DNA from: a virus
Length of the DNA: 61,812 bases
IMG/VR virus record: IMGVR_UViG_3300045988_111035
Direction: 5' to 3' (one strand)
The notes under the pieces were generated by a model. The model saw nothing but the letters and a program-made list of their open reading frames with translations, made no database searches and was not told where the DNA came from. The translations under genes and the position numbers were made by a program. Below, piece after piece: positions 42,527 to 51,787 of this stretch. Position 1 is the first letter of the stretch. Every line of letters starts with the position of its first letter.

Positions 42527-42675
42527 TAAAGCAAGTTTATTTAGTCACATATAATGAACGCTTTGGGTATGCTGATACACTTGAAAAAGCAAAAGCATTG
42601 GAAAGTCAATTTATTTCATCTTTTAGCCCTCCTTGTGAGGCAAGAACTTGCAGTAGAAAGGAAGGTGAAAAATGA
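42523..42675 (+). CDS. Small hypothetical protein (50 aa) bounded by 21-bp repeats
   Basis: ATGA overlaps at both ends. The exact repeat AGAAAGGAAGGTGAAAAATGA occurs at 42506..42526 and 42655..42675. Confidence 0.45.
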   Translation: MIKQVYLVTYNERFGYADTLEKAKALESQFISSFSPPCEARTCSRKEGEK

Positions 42676-42905
42676 AGAAAGTAACTGTAAATATTATATT
42701 TTCCATTGTAATTTTCTTTATGGTGGTGGCAATACCATTCTTCTTAGTATCTTGTATTTTCTATAGAATTGCAGGGTTCTTCGTGAGATTTATAATACCA
42801 TCTATAGGTATTTTACATGAGTGGCAAAAAAATCTTGTGTTAAGTTTAGATAAACTATTATTGGTTTGTCTGTATTCACAGAGAAAGGACACGATTATCT
42901 GGTAG
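42672..42905 (+). CDS. Small membrane protein (77 aa)
   Basis: Two hydrophobic helices and the SD AAGGAAGGTG upstream. Confidence 0.5.
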   Translation: MKKVTVNIIFSIVIFFMVVAIPFFLVSCIFYRIAGFFVRFIIPSIGILHEWQKNLVLSLDKLLLVCLYSQRKDTIIW

Positions 42906-42973
42906 TGGACACGAAACACGGAGTTTGTGTTATTCACGCAAGAAGTTGTCCTTGTCATAAAAAGAAGTAGTGT

Positions 42974-43123
42974 ATGAAGGTTAGATTAGCAAAGAAGATA
43001 AATAAAGGATTAGACAAGTTATCTCCCTATTGGCTGCATCAATCTCTTATTTATATTGCAGGGAATGGAGATAAGGGAGACCACCGCATCATCAAGGCGA
43101 TAAGTTTAACTAAAAATAAGTAG
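42974..43123 (+). CDS. Small hypothetical protein (49 aa)
   Basis: MKVRLAKKINKGLDKLSPYW... It is bounded by TAG(T/C)GTATG junctions. Not in the ORF track. Confidence 0.4.
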   Translation: MKVRLAKKINKGLDKLSPYWLHQSLIYIAGNGDKGDHRIIKAISLTKNK

Positions 43124-43126
43124 CGT

Positions 43127-43351
43127 ATGAAAAAGTTAATATTAGTAGTACTTGCAACTATTCTAATAGTAGGTTGCAGAGAGAACGGAACTCCAGTTAA
43201 AACAACTGATTCCGAATACAACTTTAATGTTGTTAAGCTATTTGAGATTGATGGAGTTTCAGTGTACCGTTTTTATGATGGTGGTAAATATGTATATTTC
43301 ACGAATAGCAATGGTAAAGTACAATCTATAAGCAGACATACACATTATTAG
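43127..43351 (+). CDS. Small lipoprotein (74 aa)
   Basis: MKKLILVVLATILIVGC has a lipobox (LIVGC). Confidence 0.6.
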   Translation: MKKLILVVLATILIVGCRENGTPVKTTDSEYNFNVVKLFEIDGVSVYRFYDGGKYVYFTNSNGKVQSISRHTHY

Positions 43352-43453
43352 CGTATGCCATAAGACGGACTACAAGCCGAACCTAAGAGATAAGCGAAAG
43401 TTTAACGCTGAGTTAAGAAGAGACAGAAATATAATGATTAAAACATTCTGAGT

Positions 43454-43765
43454 ATGGAAAATCTAGAAGACATTAAGGTAGGAGACAAGGTTATCCTATA
43501 CTTTGACAATGTGCAATCTATGTGTGAGGTCAAGCGACTGTTCAAGAATATTGTCTGCACCATTGGTGGCGACAAGTTCCGAAAGAAAGACGGAACTATG
43601 GTAGGTGCCATAAGCAATCCTCCACCATACATACGTGAGGCTACACAAGAACGTATTTTAGAGTTCGAGCACAGAAAAGAACTTTTATGTAAAATACACG
43701 ACTACCCTTTTGGAAAGCTATCAACCGAGGTGCTTGAAAAAGTGTATAAACTGATTAAAAAATAA
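43454..43765 (+). CDS. Hypothetical protein (103 aa)
   Basis: ATG ORF in the accessory plus-strand operon. Confidence 0.5.
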   Translation: MENLEDIKVGDKVILYFDNVQSMCEVKRLFKNIVCTIGGDKFRKKDGTMVGAISNPPPYIREATQERILEFEHRKELLCKIHDYPFGKLSTEVLEKVYKLIKK

Positions 43766-43769
43766 GCGT

Positions 43770-44144
43770 ATGGAAAAGAAAGTACTGACCCTATCGGTCA
43801 AAAAGGAATGGTTTGACAAAATCGTGTCGAACGAAAAGACGGAAGAGTATCGGGAGATTAAGCCGTATTGGGTAGCACGATTGTTTCAAGACAATAGCAA
43901 TATTGTTGATGTGCAATATTTAGCTTCAGGTTTAATAGGGCGCACGGATTTGCTTAAAGGCTATATTGACGCACATAGAATAGTACCAAAGCCTTATACT
44001 CACGTCCTCTTCATCAATGGCTACCGCAAGGATAGCCCACGAATTAAGAAGGAGATTGAGAGCATCGCCATCGGCAAGCCAAAGAAAGGACTTTGCCCTT
44101 ACAAGTGGCTAGATAAGGAATTTTTCATCATTAAATTTAAGTAG
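43770..44144 (+). CDS. ASCH-domain-like protein
   Basis: LTLSVKKEWFDKIVSNEKTEEYREIKPYW resembles the ASCH/PUA-like N-terminal motif. Confidence 0.45.
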   Translation: MEKKVLTLSVKKEWFDKIVSNEKTEEYREIKPYWVARLFQDNSNIVDVQYLASGLIGRTDLLKGYIDAHRIVPKPYTHVLFINGYRKDSPRIKKEIESIAIGKPKKGLCPYKWLDKEFFIIKFK

Positions 44145-44145
44145 T

Positions 44146-44517
44146 ATGATAACAGACAAACAGATAGAAAAAGCTGCAATCGCATGTGCTGATGAATATT
44201 ATGCCATTGATTTAGGTAAAGATAGGGAAGAAACCAACAGAGAACTATTCACAAGAGGTGCTCACTGGGCAATCGAGCAATTCTTGAAGGACTTGTGGCA
44301 TGATGCAAAGGAAGAGCCTATAAATGGAGATATTTTAGTGGAATCCACATACACATCTGATGGGTTTTCTCAAAAGTGCTATTCTGTAGAATATATTGCT
44401 GATTTTGACATTACATATTACGATTGGAAAGAATATGTAGAACAGAATTGTGTCACTCGTTGGCTATACATCGAAGACCTCTTGCCAAAGAAAGGAGGCT
44501 CTGATGGGAAGACGTAA
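44146..44517 (+). CDS. Hypothetical protein, paralogue-like of 33868..34401 (DUF551-like)
   Basis: Shared WHDxxEEP and RW(C/L)YIEDLLP motifs. Confidence 0.55.
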   Translation: MITDKQIEKAAIACADEYYAIDLGKDREETNRELFTRGAHWAIEQFLKDLWHDAKEEPINGDILVESTYTSDGFSQKCYSVEYIADFDITYYDWKEYVEQNCVTRWLYIEDLLPKKGGSDGKT

Positions 44518-45232
44518 GAAGACTGACGAGGAGATACGAGAGTACCACAAGAAGTACTACCGTGAGCACAAGGAGCATCTTTTGGCACAGATGGCCATAT
44601 ACCGAGAGGCCAACGCCGAGAGAATCAAAGCCAACAAAAAGTACAACAGTAAAAAGAACAAGAGGCTAAGAGCCTTGAAGAAACTAAACTTACAGACAAT
44701 GGAAAAATTAAGCAAGAAGACAGTGTTGTTCATCGACTTGGACGGCACGCTAATCAAGACGGTATCGGGCAAGACGTTCCCCGAGGACTGCACCGACTTC
44801 CGAATCAGAAAGGAAGTGCTCGACAAAATCGCAAAGGTGTTCACCAAGCTTGAACTTGTCGGCATCGTGACAAATCAAGGAGGAATACCAGAGTACGTTT
44901 CCAAAAACGACTTTTGGGCGAAGTTCCAAAGCATCATGCAGTTCTTAAGTGCTTACTTGATTGACAAGTACCAAGACGGAAAGTTGTTCCGTCCTGAGGT
45001 GGATGGTTGGTACTGCATTTCAACCGACATGGAAGACCCTCTCCGCAAACCAAACGTGGGAATGCTGGAGAAAATCCTAGAGTTTCATCCTAACAACAAA
45101 CATTCCAAGAAAGAAATGGTCATGATTGGGGATGCCAGTGGAAAGCCAGGGCAATTCTCCGACTCAGACAAGAAATGTGCCGAAAATTTCGGTATCGACT
45201 ACATAGACGTGGAAGACTTCATCAACCTATAG
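44504..45232 (+). CDS. HAD-superfamily polynucleotide 3'-phosphatase (PNK3P-like) with a basic N-terminal extension
   Basis: Motif I is FIDLDGTLI. Motif II is IVTNQGG. Motif III is MIGDASGKPGQFSDSDKKCAENFGIDYIDVEDF, which matches the PNK3P pattern GDAAGR..DFS..D..FA.N.G. Confidence 0.6.
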   Translation: MGRRKKTDEEIREYHKKYYREHKEHLLAQMAIYREANAERIKANKKYNSKKNKRLRALKKLNLQTMEKLSKKTVLFIDLDGTLIKTVSGKTFPEDCTDFRIRKEVLDKIAKVFTKLELVGIVTNQGGIPEYVSKNDFWAKFQSIMQFLSAYLIDKYQDGKLFRPEVDGWYCISTDMEDPLRKPNVGMLEKILEFHPNNKHSKKEMVMIGDASGKPGQFSDSDKKCAENFGIDYIDVEDFINL

Positions 45233-45236
45233 CACC

Positions 45237-45479
45237 ATGGGTAATAGAATACAGAACCAAGTCGCCAACGTCTCCCGAGAGGAACAGGCGAGGAAAAAGA
45301 TTGAGGAGGCGAGAATCCGAATCACAGAGAGGGAGAAGGACGCACACTACAAGTACGTCAAGGTGAGCAACGGACTATCCAAGCTCACCCTGCTCTGCAA
45401 GACGGACGATGAAGGAAACCTCGTTCCATCAGAGGTAAAGAGAATCAACAGACTAAAGAAAATACTGGGAATAAAATGA
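45237..45479 (+). CDS. Hypothetical protein (80 aa)
   Basis: ATG ORF with a 4-nt overlap with the next gene. Confidence 0.5.
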   Translation: MGNRIQNQVANVSREEQARKKIEEARIRITEREKDAHYKYVKVSNGLSKLTLLCKTDDEGNLVPSEVKRINRLKKILGIK

Positions 45480-46012
45480 GTGAAGAATCAGCAAAAGCAT
45501 TCCACAAGCTAGTGAGTGCCATGCGCACGTCACAGAAGGAGTTCTGGAGAACACGGAACAAGTACGCCCTCAAACAGTCCATCGAGCTGGAGAAGCAAGT
45601 GGACGAGACCATCATGGAGGCGAGCGCATCCGATGTTCCCGACAACGAGAACGGCAAATTCTTTTTGGAGGTGGCGCAACTACGCACCACCACCAAGCTC
45701 TACTTCGCCGAGAAGAAGAAATGTGATGCCGACAAGGAGAAAATCAACGCTTGGTTCAAGTCCATCAAGGAGGGGGAAACCAAGGTTGACAAGATGCTGG
45801 TCAAGTGGTTCGACGAGCTGGCAATCAAGGAAGGCAAGCGCATCGTCTGGCACGTCATGGAGAGATTCCCCAACGCCAAGGAGGCAAGGAGCATCTTCGA
45901 CAACACCGACGAGCAAATGGCGAGAATCGAGCTTAACGACCACCTCAGGAAACCAGCCTGTCCTGGCACCATGTACTTCATAGCCAAGGAATACAAGGAG
46001 GTCAAGAAATGA
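45476..46012 (+). CDS. Hypothetical protein (178 aa)
   Basis: ATG ORF with ATGA overlaps on both sides. Confidence 0.55.
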   Translation: MSEESAKAFHKLVSAMRTSQKEFWRTRNKYALKQSIELEKQVDETIMEASASDVPDNENGKFFLEVAQLRTTTKLYFAEKKKCDADKEKINAWFKSIKEGETKVDKMLVKWFDELAIKEGKRIVWHVMERFPNAKEARSIFDNTDEQMARIELNDHLRKPACPGTMYFIAKEYKEVKK

Positions 46013-46593
46013 TACATACAGTAACAATCAAAAATCACAAGATTATGGAAAAGAAACAAGATGCTCCTGCAAAGGAGAAGTTCACCGACAAGGGTGACGG
46101 TAAATCATTGCGCTCACGCACTGGCACATGGTTCGAGTGCAAGGTGAAGTACGAGAAGACACAGGAAGACGGAACGAAAAAGCCTGTACTGGAGGCATAC
46201 ACCGTGGATGCCCTCTCCTTCACCGAGGCAGAGGCACGCATCTTAGACGAAATGAGCGTCTATGTGTCTGGAGAGTTCAGAATCATCAACATCGACCCTG
46301 CCAAGTATGGGGAGATATTCTTCTCCGACATCGACGATGATGACCTTTGGTTCAAGGCGAAGCTAGCCTTCATCACCATCGACGAGAAGACACAGAAGGA
46401 AAAACGCTCCTACAACAACTTCCTTGTTCAAGCCAAGTCACTGGAGCGTGCAAGAAGATACGTGGACACCGTCATGGGCAAAACCATGATAGACTATGAA
46501 ATCAAGAGCCTCATCGAGACCAAAATCATGGACGTGTTCGAGCATGACTTGAAAGTGAGCATCAACGTCTGTGACAAGGGCGACAACAAGTAA
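46009..46593 (+). CDS. DUF4494-like conserved Bacteroidota protein
   Basis: WFECKVKYEKTQEDGTKKPVLEAYTVDALSFTEAEARI...FITIDEKTQKEKRS..LVQA...IMDVF matches the DUF4494 pattern recalled from memory. Confidence 0.5.
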   Translation: MIHTVTIKNHKIMEKKQDAPAKEKFTDKGDGKSLRSRTGTWFECKVKYEKTQEDGTKKPVLEAYTVDALSFTEAEARILDEMSVYVSGEFRIINIDPAKYGEIFFSDIDDDDLWFKAKLAFITIDEKTQKEKRSYNNFLVQAKSLERARRYVDTVMGKTMIDYEIKSLIETKIMDVFEHDLKVSINVCDKGDNK

Positions 46594-46602
46594 CCATCTT
46601 TG

Positions 46603-46634
46603 GCGCAATTCGGCTATACGTAACCGAGTTGCGC
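46603..46634 (+). terminator. Hairpin after 46009..46593 that overlaps the left half of late-promoter core 4
   Basis: GCGCAATTCGG / CCGAGTTGCGC forms an 11-bp stem (one G-U pair) with a 10-nt loop. Confidence 0.5.
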
Positions 46635-46673
46635 AACTTATCAACACTACCCCACTTAAAACATGTAACTTAG
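46629..46673 (+). promoter_or_regulatory. Late-type promoter unit 4: TTGCGCAA core (46629..46636) + 29 nt + TAACTTAG (46666..46673)
   Basis: GAGTTGCGCAACTTATC is 16/17 identical to unit 2 and has the same 29-nt spacing. The ATG at 46678 follows 4 nt later. Confidence 0.6.
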
Positions 46674-46677
46674 CGAC

Positions 46678-47004
46678 ATGAAAAAGATTAAGAGATACCT
46701 CATTTACCTGCGCCTCTGGTTCATCAAGCGCATGGGCTACAAGCTCCCCTCGCTGAGAGAAGCCGAATACATAGTTCCTGGTCAACTCTATGACCACTTC
46801 GCATACGTCGTACGTGCCGTTTATGACAAGAAGAGGCTTCCCCTACAGAATAATCCAGCATTAGCCCAAGACCCAAAATGTTATTTTTGCGACTTCCACA
46901 GAAAGGGAATACCTTGCAACTTCTGCCACAAGATGGCGAACGGAAGCGACATCTGCGACAAGCATGTGTTCGAGATTATCTGCAAGAATACCGACAATAT
47001 ATAA
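46678..47004 (+). CDS. Hypothetical Cys/His-containing protein (108 aa)
   Basis: First ORF after promoter unit 4. An alternative start lies at 46732. Confidence 0.5.
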   Translation: MKKIKRYLIYLRLWFIKRMGYKLPSLREAEYIVPGQLYDHFAYVVRAVYDKKRLPLQNNPALAQDPKCYFCDFHRKGIPCNFCHKMANGSDICDKHVFEIICKNTDNI

Positions 47005-47016
47005 TAATGTATAGCT

Positions 47017-47745
47017 ATGAAGAAAGAAAAGCCCAATTACAAGATTGACAAGAAGACTGGTCACGTCCTCGAAGTACCCACGTCCAAGCAAGTGCGTGAG
47101 AAGGTCAAGAAGGCACGTGAGAAGAAAACCGCCGATGCCAAGACCGAGGAACAGCCTCAGCAACAGAAGAAGGTCTTCAACAAGAAGGCGTTCGACAAGA
47201 TGCAAGCGGTCATAGACCGTATGCACGCCAAGGCGAAACTCCCCGACTGCCTCACAATGGCTAGTAGAAAGTACCTATCCACCGTATGCGTCATCAACAA
47301 GGACGGAAAGAAGCGTGAATTGCTCCCCGACAAGAAAGGTCGCCACGTCATGCTCTGCCATGGCAAGATGGCACGCATCTTCACCAATGATTTCTGCCAG
47401 ATAGTGAAAATCCAAAAGTCCTTCTCCAACGATAAAACAAAACGTGAACTATGGAACGATGGAAGCTGGGCGATTGTACCATGTCGTGTGGAAATCTCCA
47501 ACAGCACCACCATACAGGAGGTACGCCGCCGTCCGTGGTTCTTCCTGCACCGCTACTGGTATGAGATAACCTTCGATGGTCATGTGCAACCTGCCATGAT
47601 GATGGTCGATTACAACCTGCACCCCGAGCGCAAGAAACAACACTTCTGGGTCACACGTGAGTACATCAAGGTAAGGAACACGGATGCAGAGAACGACTAT
47701 TTGCGATTCTGGTACAACAAACCTACCGCCTATGGAAACGAATGA
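47017..47745 (+). CDS. Hypothetical protein (242 aa), basic N-terminus
   Basis: ATG ORF in the plus-strand late-type operon. Confidence 0.55.
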   Translation: MKKEKPNYKIDKKTGHVLEVPTSKQVREKVKKAREKKTADAKTEEQPQQQKKVFNKKAFDKMQAVIDRMHAKAKLPDCLTMASRKYLSTVCVINKDGKKRELLPDKKGRHVMLCHGKMARIFTNDFCQIVKIQKSFSNDKTKRELWNDGSWAIVPCRVEISNSTTIQEVRRRPWFFLHRYWYEITFDGHVQPAMMMVDYNLHPERKKQHFWVTREYIKVRNTDAENDYLRFWYNKPTAYGNE

Positions 47746-48133
47746 TGTCATCATCCTCAACCGTCCACGCCAACAGAAGCGTGGACTCTCCATCAACGTC
47801 AACGGTCGCATTACCCTTCGCTCCGCCCCCTGCAAGCTGTTGGGGCTAAAGCCAGGCGATTTCCTCTCCTTCGCCAGTCGTGGCTCACAGACCTACATCA
47901 TCAAGTGTGGAGACATAGAGAATGCAATCAGGCTCTTTGGAAGACCAGGACAACTACACGGCAACAGTACCGCAACGGCAAAGTACCTGTTCATGGTTAT
48001 CTACAATATGCCGATAGCCGCCAAGGAAGTTGATTTGGTTGTCTCCAGACAAGTGGAAAGCATACAGATAGGAGATACATCCTACCCTGCGCTGGCTTTC
48101 ATCAATAGGTGCGACAAGGAACATTATAGATAG
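47732..48133 (+). CDS. AbrB/SpoVT-like DNA-binding protein candidate
   Basis: GRITLRSAPCKLLGLKPGDFLSF resembles the looped-hinge-helix motif of AbrB/MazE. The ATG lies within ORF 47684..48133. Confidence 0.4.
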   Translation: METNDVIILNRPRQQKRGLSINVNGRITLRSAPCKLLGLKPGDFLSFASRGSQTYIIKCGDIENAIRLFGRPGQLHGNSTATAKYLFMVIYNMPIAAKEVDLVVSRQVESIQIGDTSYPALAFINRCDKEHYR

Positions 48134-48164
48134 ATTCTTCATTTTTTTATAACAACATACAAGC

Positions 48165-51047
48165 ATGCAACAGTTAATCAGATTCAAGGGGCTGAGCCTC
48201 ACACCTGATGAAATGGCGGTCGAGAACGGTGCGTTGTCCTTGTGCGGCAACTTGGAGCTGCACGACGGCGCACTGCGACCTTCCATCCTACAGGGGACGA
48301 AACTTCCCTCTCCATTGGTCGTAAGCGGCACCGTGGCAAGACTCACCTACGTACACGAGACTTCGGAATACAAGCACCTCATCGCCATCAGTGGCTCAGA
48401 TGTCTATTGGTTCAACCAAGAGGGAGTCCTTGGCTCCTCATCCCCCATCAAGTACTTCGACTACCAAGCCACCGTGCTCTCCATCAACTCCAGCGGCAAC
48501 ACGCTCGTCATCGTGGCTACCGATGGGCTTCACTATGTACTATGGTTGGAAGGTAGCTATCACTATCTGGGGCAAAAGCCACCGTTCATTGATATTTCCT
48601 TCAATATTTCAGTGGCTGACTACTATGAGGACTATGACACTGGTGGTGTGGATGCTGACGGAAGTAAATACGGTTTCGACCATGCCTTTCAACAAACCAC
48701 GCTTTCTTGTGGTGACGCTTACAGTAAAGTGGCAGGAACAAGTTGGAATCCTGGCGATTTGTGCGTAAATATCAAGGAAGACAAGCAATCGGACTTGACG
48801 CAAAGCATTTACGCCTTGGTAAATCGCACAAACAACTTGATTGCTCGCAAAGGACGTTTCTATGCAAACTTCTTCATTCGATATTGCTACCGAATGTATG
48901 ATGGAACCATGTTCATGCACTCATGCCCTGTTTTCATTCCTGTGCAAGTGCCAAACAACTACGATGTATATGCAGCGAACTTCTATTTTCCAAAATCATC
49001 AATACAAGACAATGGAAGTATTAAGAATGCGGAAGTCAATTGGAAAGATAAGCTCAACTTCAAACGTCCAGATGCTTCTGGCACAACATTGAACGTGAAA
49101 GTCTCAAATGCCACGTTCTACTATCATCCCAGAAATGTTTCCTTGTCATATTTTATGAGAACAGTCAACAATGACACGTTTACAGAGCTCGAGAAATGGA
49201 AGGACATAATTAAATCCGTGGATTTCTTTATAACTCCCCCTATCACAAACGTAGATACATCTGAGAAAATATCAAATCTGCAAATCGCAGACGCTAATTA
49301 TTCTCTTGGATATGGCGAACGAAAATTTCAATACGCTACTGACGATGATACATATGGCTACGTCAAGGTAAAATTCCCGGCAACAGCAGAAGACACGTAC
49401 AGAAAGAAACTCCTCAACTCTTCCTCATATTTCAAGGTATGCTCTATCCAAACCAATGAGATTAGAACGAAAAGCTCAGGCGAACTTCCTGTAGATAAAA
49501 ATGCAGTCTATCAAGTCTCATTGCAGGAGCAAATGAAGGATGATTATAAGACGCACAACCACCTTTACGCACAGGGAAGTTATGTGTATAATCATCGCCT
49601 CAACTTATACGGTTGCAAGGAGAAACTCTTTGAGGGCTTTTCCAATCTAACATTACTCCCAAATGCTAGTTTCATTAAGAAGCCTGTTTTTAATAATCCC
49701 ATCTTTGGAAATGGGGAACAAAGCTATAGTATTAAAAAGATAGTCGTTCGGTTAAATACCACTTCGGGGACGAAGTATGTGGAGAAAGAAAGATTTTACC
49801 TCGCTGGCATATTTTCTGGTGGAATGGAACAATACATGCTTTGCAATTGCTCAAAGTTTTACCCAGACACAAGGGCTGACAAAATGGTGTTCTTCACGGT
49901 AGATGGGGATGGAAAAGAAGTAATCTTCGCCTTCGACCTCACTGAGTGCGACGAGTTGAATGGAGCAATCCACATGGGAACCTTCGAGGATGACGGCAGC
50001 CAATACAAAGTAAGCTCATTTGATTACACCGTGGATGACATCGTGGCCCTAAACAACAAAATCTACACCTCTGAGGCAGACAATCCCTATTATTTCCCTG
50101 TCAACGCCATCAACACCGTGGGAATAGGAACTATCCTAGGCATAGCCTCATCGACAAGGGCACTCAGCCAAGGTCAGTTTGGACAATATCCTTTGATGGC
50201 TTTCACCACCGATGGTGTCTGGGCTCTCAATGTGTCGGCAAATGGCACGTACTCCAACATCCACCCTATTTCGAGGGAAGTGTGCTCCAACGTCAAGTCC
50301 ATCACCCAACTGGACCAGTCCGTGCTCTTCACCACCGACCGTACGCTCAACAAGATTGTGGAATCTCAGATAGCGTCCTTCTCAGATGTCTTGGATGGCC
50401 CATACTTCAACATAGCGTCCATGATGCCAGAGGCGTTCGATTGGATAAAGGAGAACACCACGCTGCAAAAGCTAATTGATTTCGACAAGTCGCCGATTTC
50501 CTTCTTCCAGGATTGCCAGTTCATCTACGACTACAAGAACTCACGCATCTTCTGCATCGACACAGACACGGCTTCCACCAATGACAAGACCACGGTCGCC
50601 CTCTGTTACTCGCTGCGTGACGGCACATGGAGCACGCTACTCGTCGGTTCTCCGCTTGTCGCCCTCAACTCCTACCCACATCCTTACATACAGTACAAGG
50701 ACGGTAGCGTCACCTGCCTCGACAAGGGGTACGACTACAACGACGGGAACGCCTATGACGGCATCATCGTCACCCGAACGCTCAAACTTGACGAGGACGA
50801 ATGCCCCGACTCCATCACTGGCTACGTCCACTCGCTCACCTCTAAGACGATTCCGCTGATGTGGCTGTATGGGAGCAACGACAATCAAAACTGGCACTAC
50901 ATCGGTCGTGTGGGAGGTTACAAGTCCAACTACATGGCGACCAAGAGCTACCGATATTTCCGCATCGGCATCTTCATGAGGATGCTCGCCAAGTCGCAAT
51001 ACATGGCAACTCGCCTTAACTTCGTTCGCAAGTTCGGCAAGATATAA
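48165..51047 (+). CDS. Large (960 aa) structural protein candidate (tail/baseplate-like), function unknown
   Basis: Long beta-rich ORF at the end of the operon driven by late-type promoter unit 4, with an AT-richer central part. Confidence 0.45.
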   Translation: MQQLIRFKGLSLTPDEMAVENGALSLCGNLELHDGALRPSILQGTKLPSPLVVSGTVARLTYVHETSEYKHLIAISGSDVYWFNQEGVLGSSSPIKYFDYQATVLSINSSGNTLVIVATDGLHYVLWLEGSYHYLGQKPPFIDISFNISVADYYEDYDTGGVDADGSKYGFDHAFQQTTLSCGDAYSKVAGTSWNPGDLCVNIKEDKQSDLTQSIYALVNRTNNLIARKGRFYANFFIRYCYRMYDGTMFMHSCPVFIPVQVPNNYDVYAANFYFPKSSIQDNGSIKNAEVNWKDKLNFKRPDASGTTLNVKVSNATFYYHPRNVSLSYFMRTVNNDTFTELEKWKDIIKSVDFFITPPITNVDTSEKISNLQIADANYSLGYGERKFQYATDDDTYGYVKVKFPATAEDTYRKKLLNSSSYFKVCSIQTNEIRTKSSGELPVDKNAVYQVSLQEQMKDDYKTHNHLYAQGSYVYNHRLNLYGCKEKLFEGFSNLTLLPNASFIKKPVFNNPIFGNGEQSYSIKKIVVRLNTTSGTKYVEKERFYLAGIFSGGMEQYMLCNCSKFYPDTRADKMVFFTVDGDGKEVIFAFDLTECDELNGAIHMGTFEDDGSQYKVSSFDYTVDDIVALNNKIYTSEADNPYYFPVNAINTVGIGTILGIASSTRALSQGQFGQYPLMAFTTDGVWALNVSANGTYSNIHPISREVCSNVKSITQLDQSVLFTTDRTLNKIVESQIASFSDVLDGPYFNIASMMPEAFDWIKENTTLQKLIDFDKSPISFFQDCQFIYDYKNSRIFCIDTDTASTNDKTTVALCYSLRDGTWSTLLVGSPLVALNSYPHPYIQYKDGSVTCLDKGYDYNDGNAYDGIIVTRTLKLDEDECPDSITGYVHSLTSKTIPLMWLYGSNDNQNWHYIGRVGGYKSNYMATKSYRYFRIGIFMRMLAKSQYMATRLNFVRKFGKI

Positions 51048-51124
51048 AAACAAGCCCTCTCCTCCAAGGATTTCTCCAAGGGGCGAGGGCTTTTCCATAA
51101 ACACCTAAACTAACAATGAAGTCA

Positions 51125-51763
51125 TCAAGAAAAACTTGGGCGTCTCATCGTGTAGTTGTCACGACTTAGGAGGTCTGACTGAATGTTTCCATAGTCATCA
51201 GCCACCCTTTGGGCATACTGTCCAGCCTTGTCCGCATATTGGTCTTGTAGGAACTGGCTCATCACATAATCTACAATATAGCGGTGCATGTGGCTCTTCA
51301 AACCATCTGTCACAGCGATATTCCAATTTGGAATATACAAGACAAGGGTAACCACCTCATAGATTGTTTCATCACGTTCCTCACCTTTCTTGGTTACGAT
51401 GGTTGTCTCTTCTGAAACTTCTCCATCTTTGGTAACCTTTACAACTTCCGTCCAAGTACCGTTTTTATTGTCGATGTAAGAATACGAATTGACTCTATTA
51501 ACCAATCGTTCCAAGTTGTTGTTGTCTTCTGTACGTCCAACGGTCAAATATCGTTGTGCCGCAATCTTTAAATTTCCAAAAGCTTCCGTGACAGCACGGT
51601 TAATTATGCTCTGAGTTTCCTTTGCATCAGGACTTTCTATCGCTGCCCGAATGTCTTTTTGCGCATCCTCCACCAAACTTTGGCTTACAACATAGCACCT
51701 AGCAAGTATATCATTGCATACTTGCCCCAAGTCAAACTTTAACGTAATTTCCTTTTTATCCAT
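51125..51763 (-). CDS. Hypothetical late protein (212 aa)
   Basis: ATG ORF at the end of the minus-strand late block. Confidence 0.55.
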   Translation of the reverse strand: MDKKEITLKFDLGQVCNDILARCYVVSQSLVEDAQKDIRAAIESPDAKETQSIINRAVTEAFGNLKIAAQRYLTVGRTEDNNNLERLVNRVNSYSYIDNKNGTWTEVVKVTKDGEVSEETTIVTKKGEERDETIYEVVTLVLYIPNWNIAVTDGLKSHMHRYIVDYVMSQFLQDQYADKAGQYAQRVADDYGNIQSDLLSRDNYTMRRPSFS

Positions 51764-51787
51764 AATTGCTGCTTGTTTTGAAAAGTA

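Noticed and set aside
42854-42970. Separate gene encoding ..GLSVFTEKGHDYLVVDTKHGVCVIHARSCPCHKKK
   Set aside because: The frame looks protein-like, but it has no ATG or GTG start and only a weak TTG at 42866 without an SD. It may be a frameshifted continuation of 42672..42905 or a gene remnant. The evidence is insufficient for a feature call.
51052-51092. Terminator hairpin after the 960-aa gene (AAGCCCTC...GAGGGCTT)
   Set aside because: It has only an 8-bp stem closing a 25-nt loop with no clear inner pairing. It is plausible as a bidirectional terminator between convergent genes, but too weak to list as a feature.
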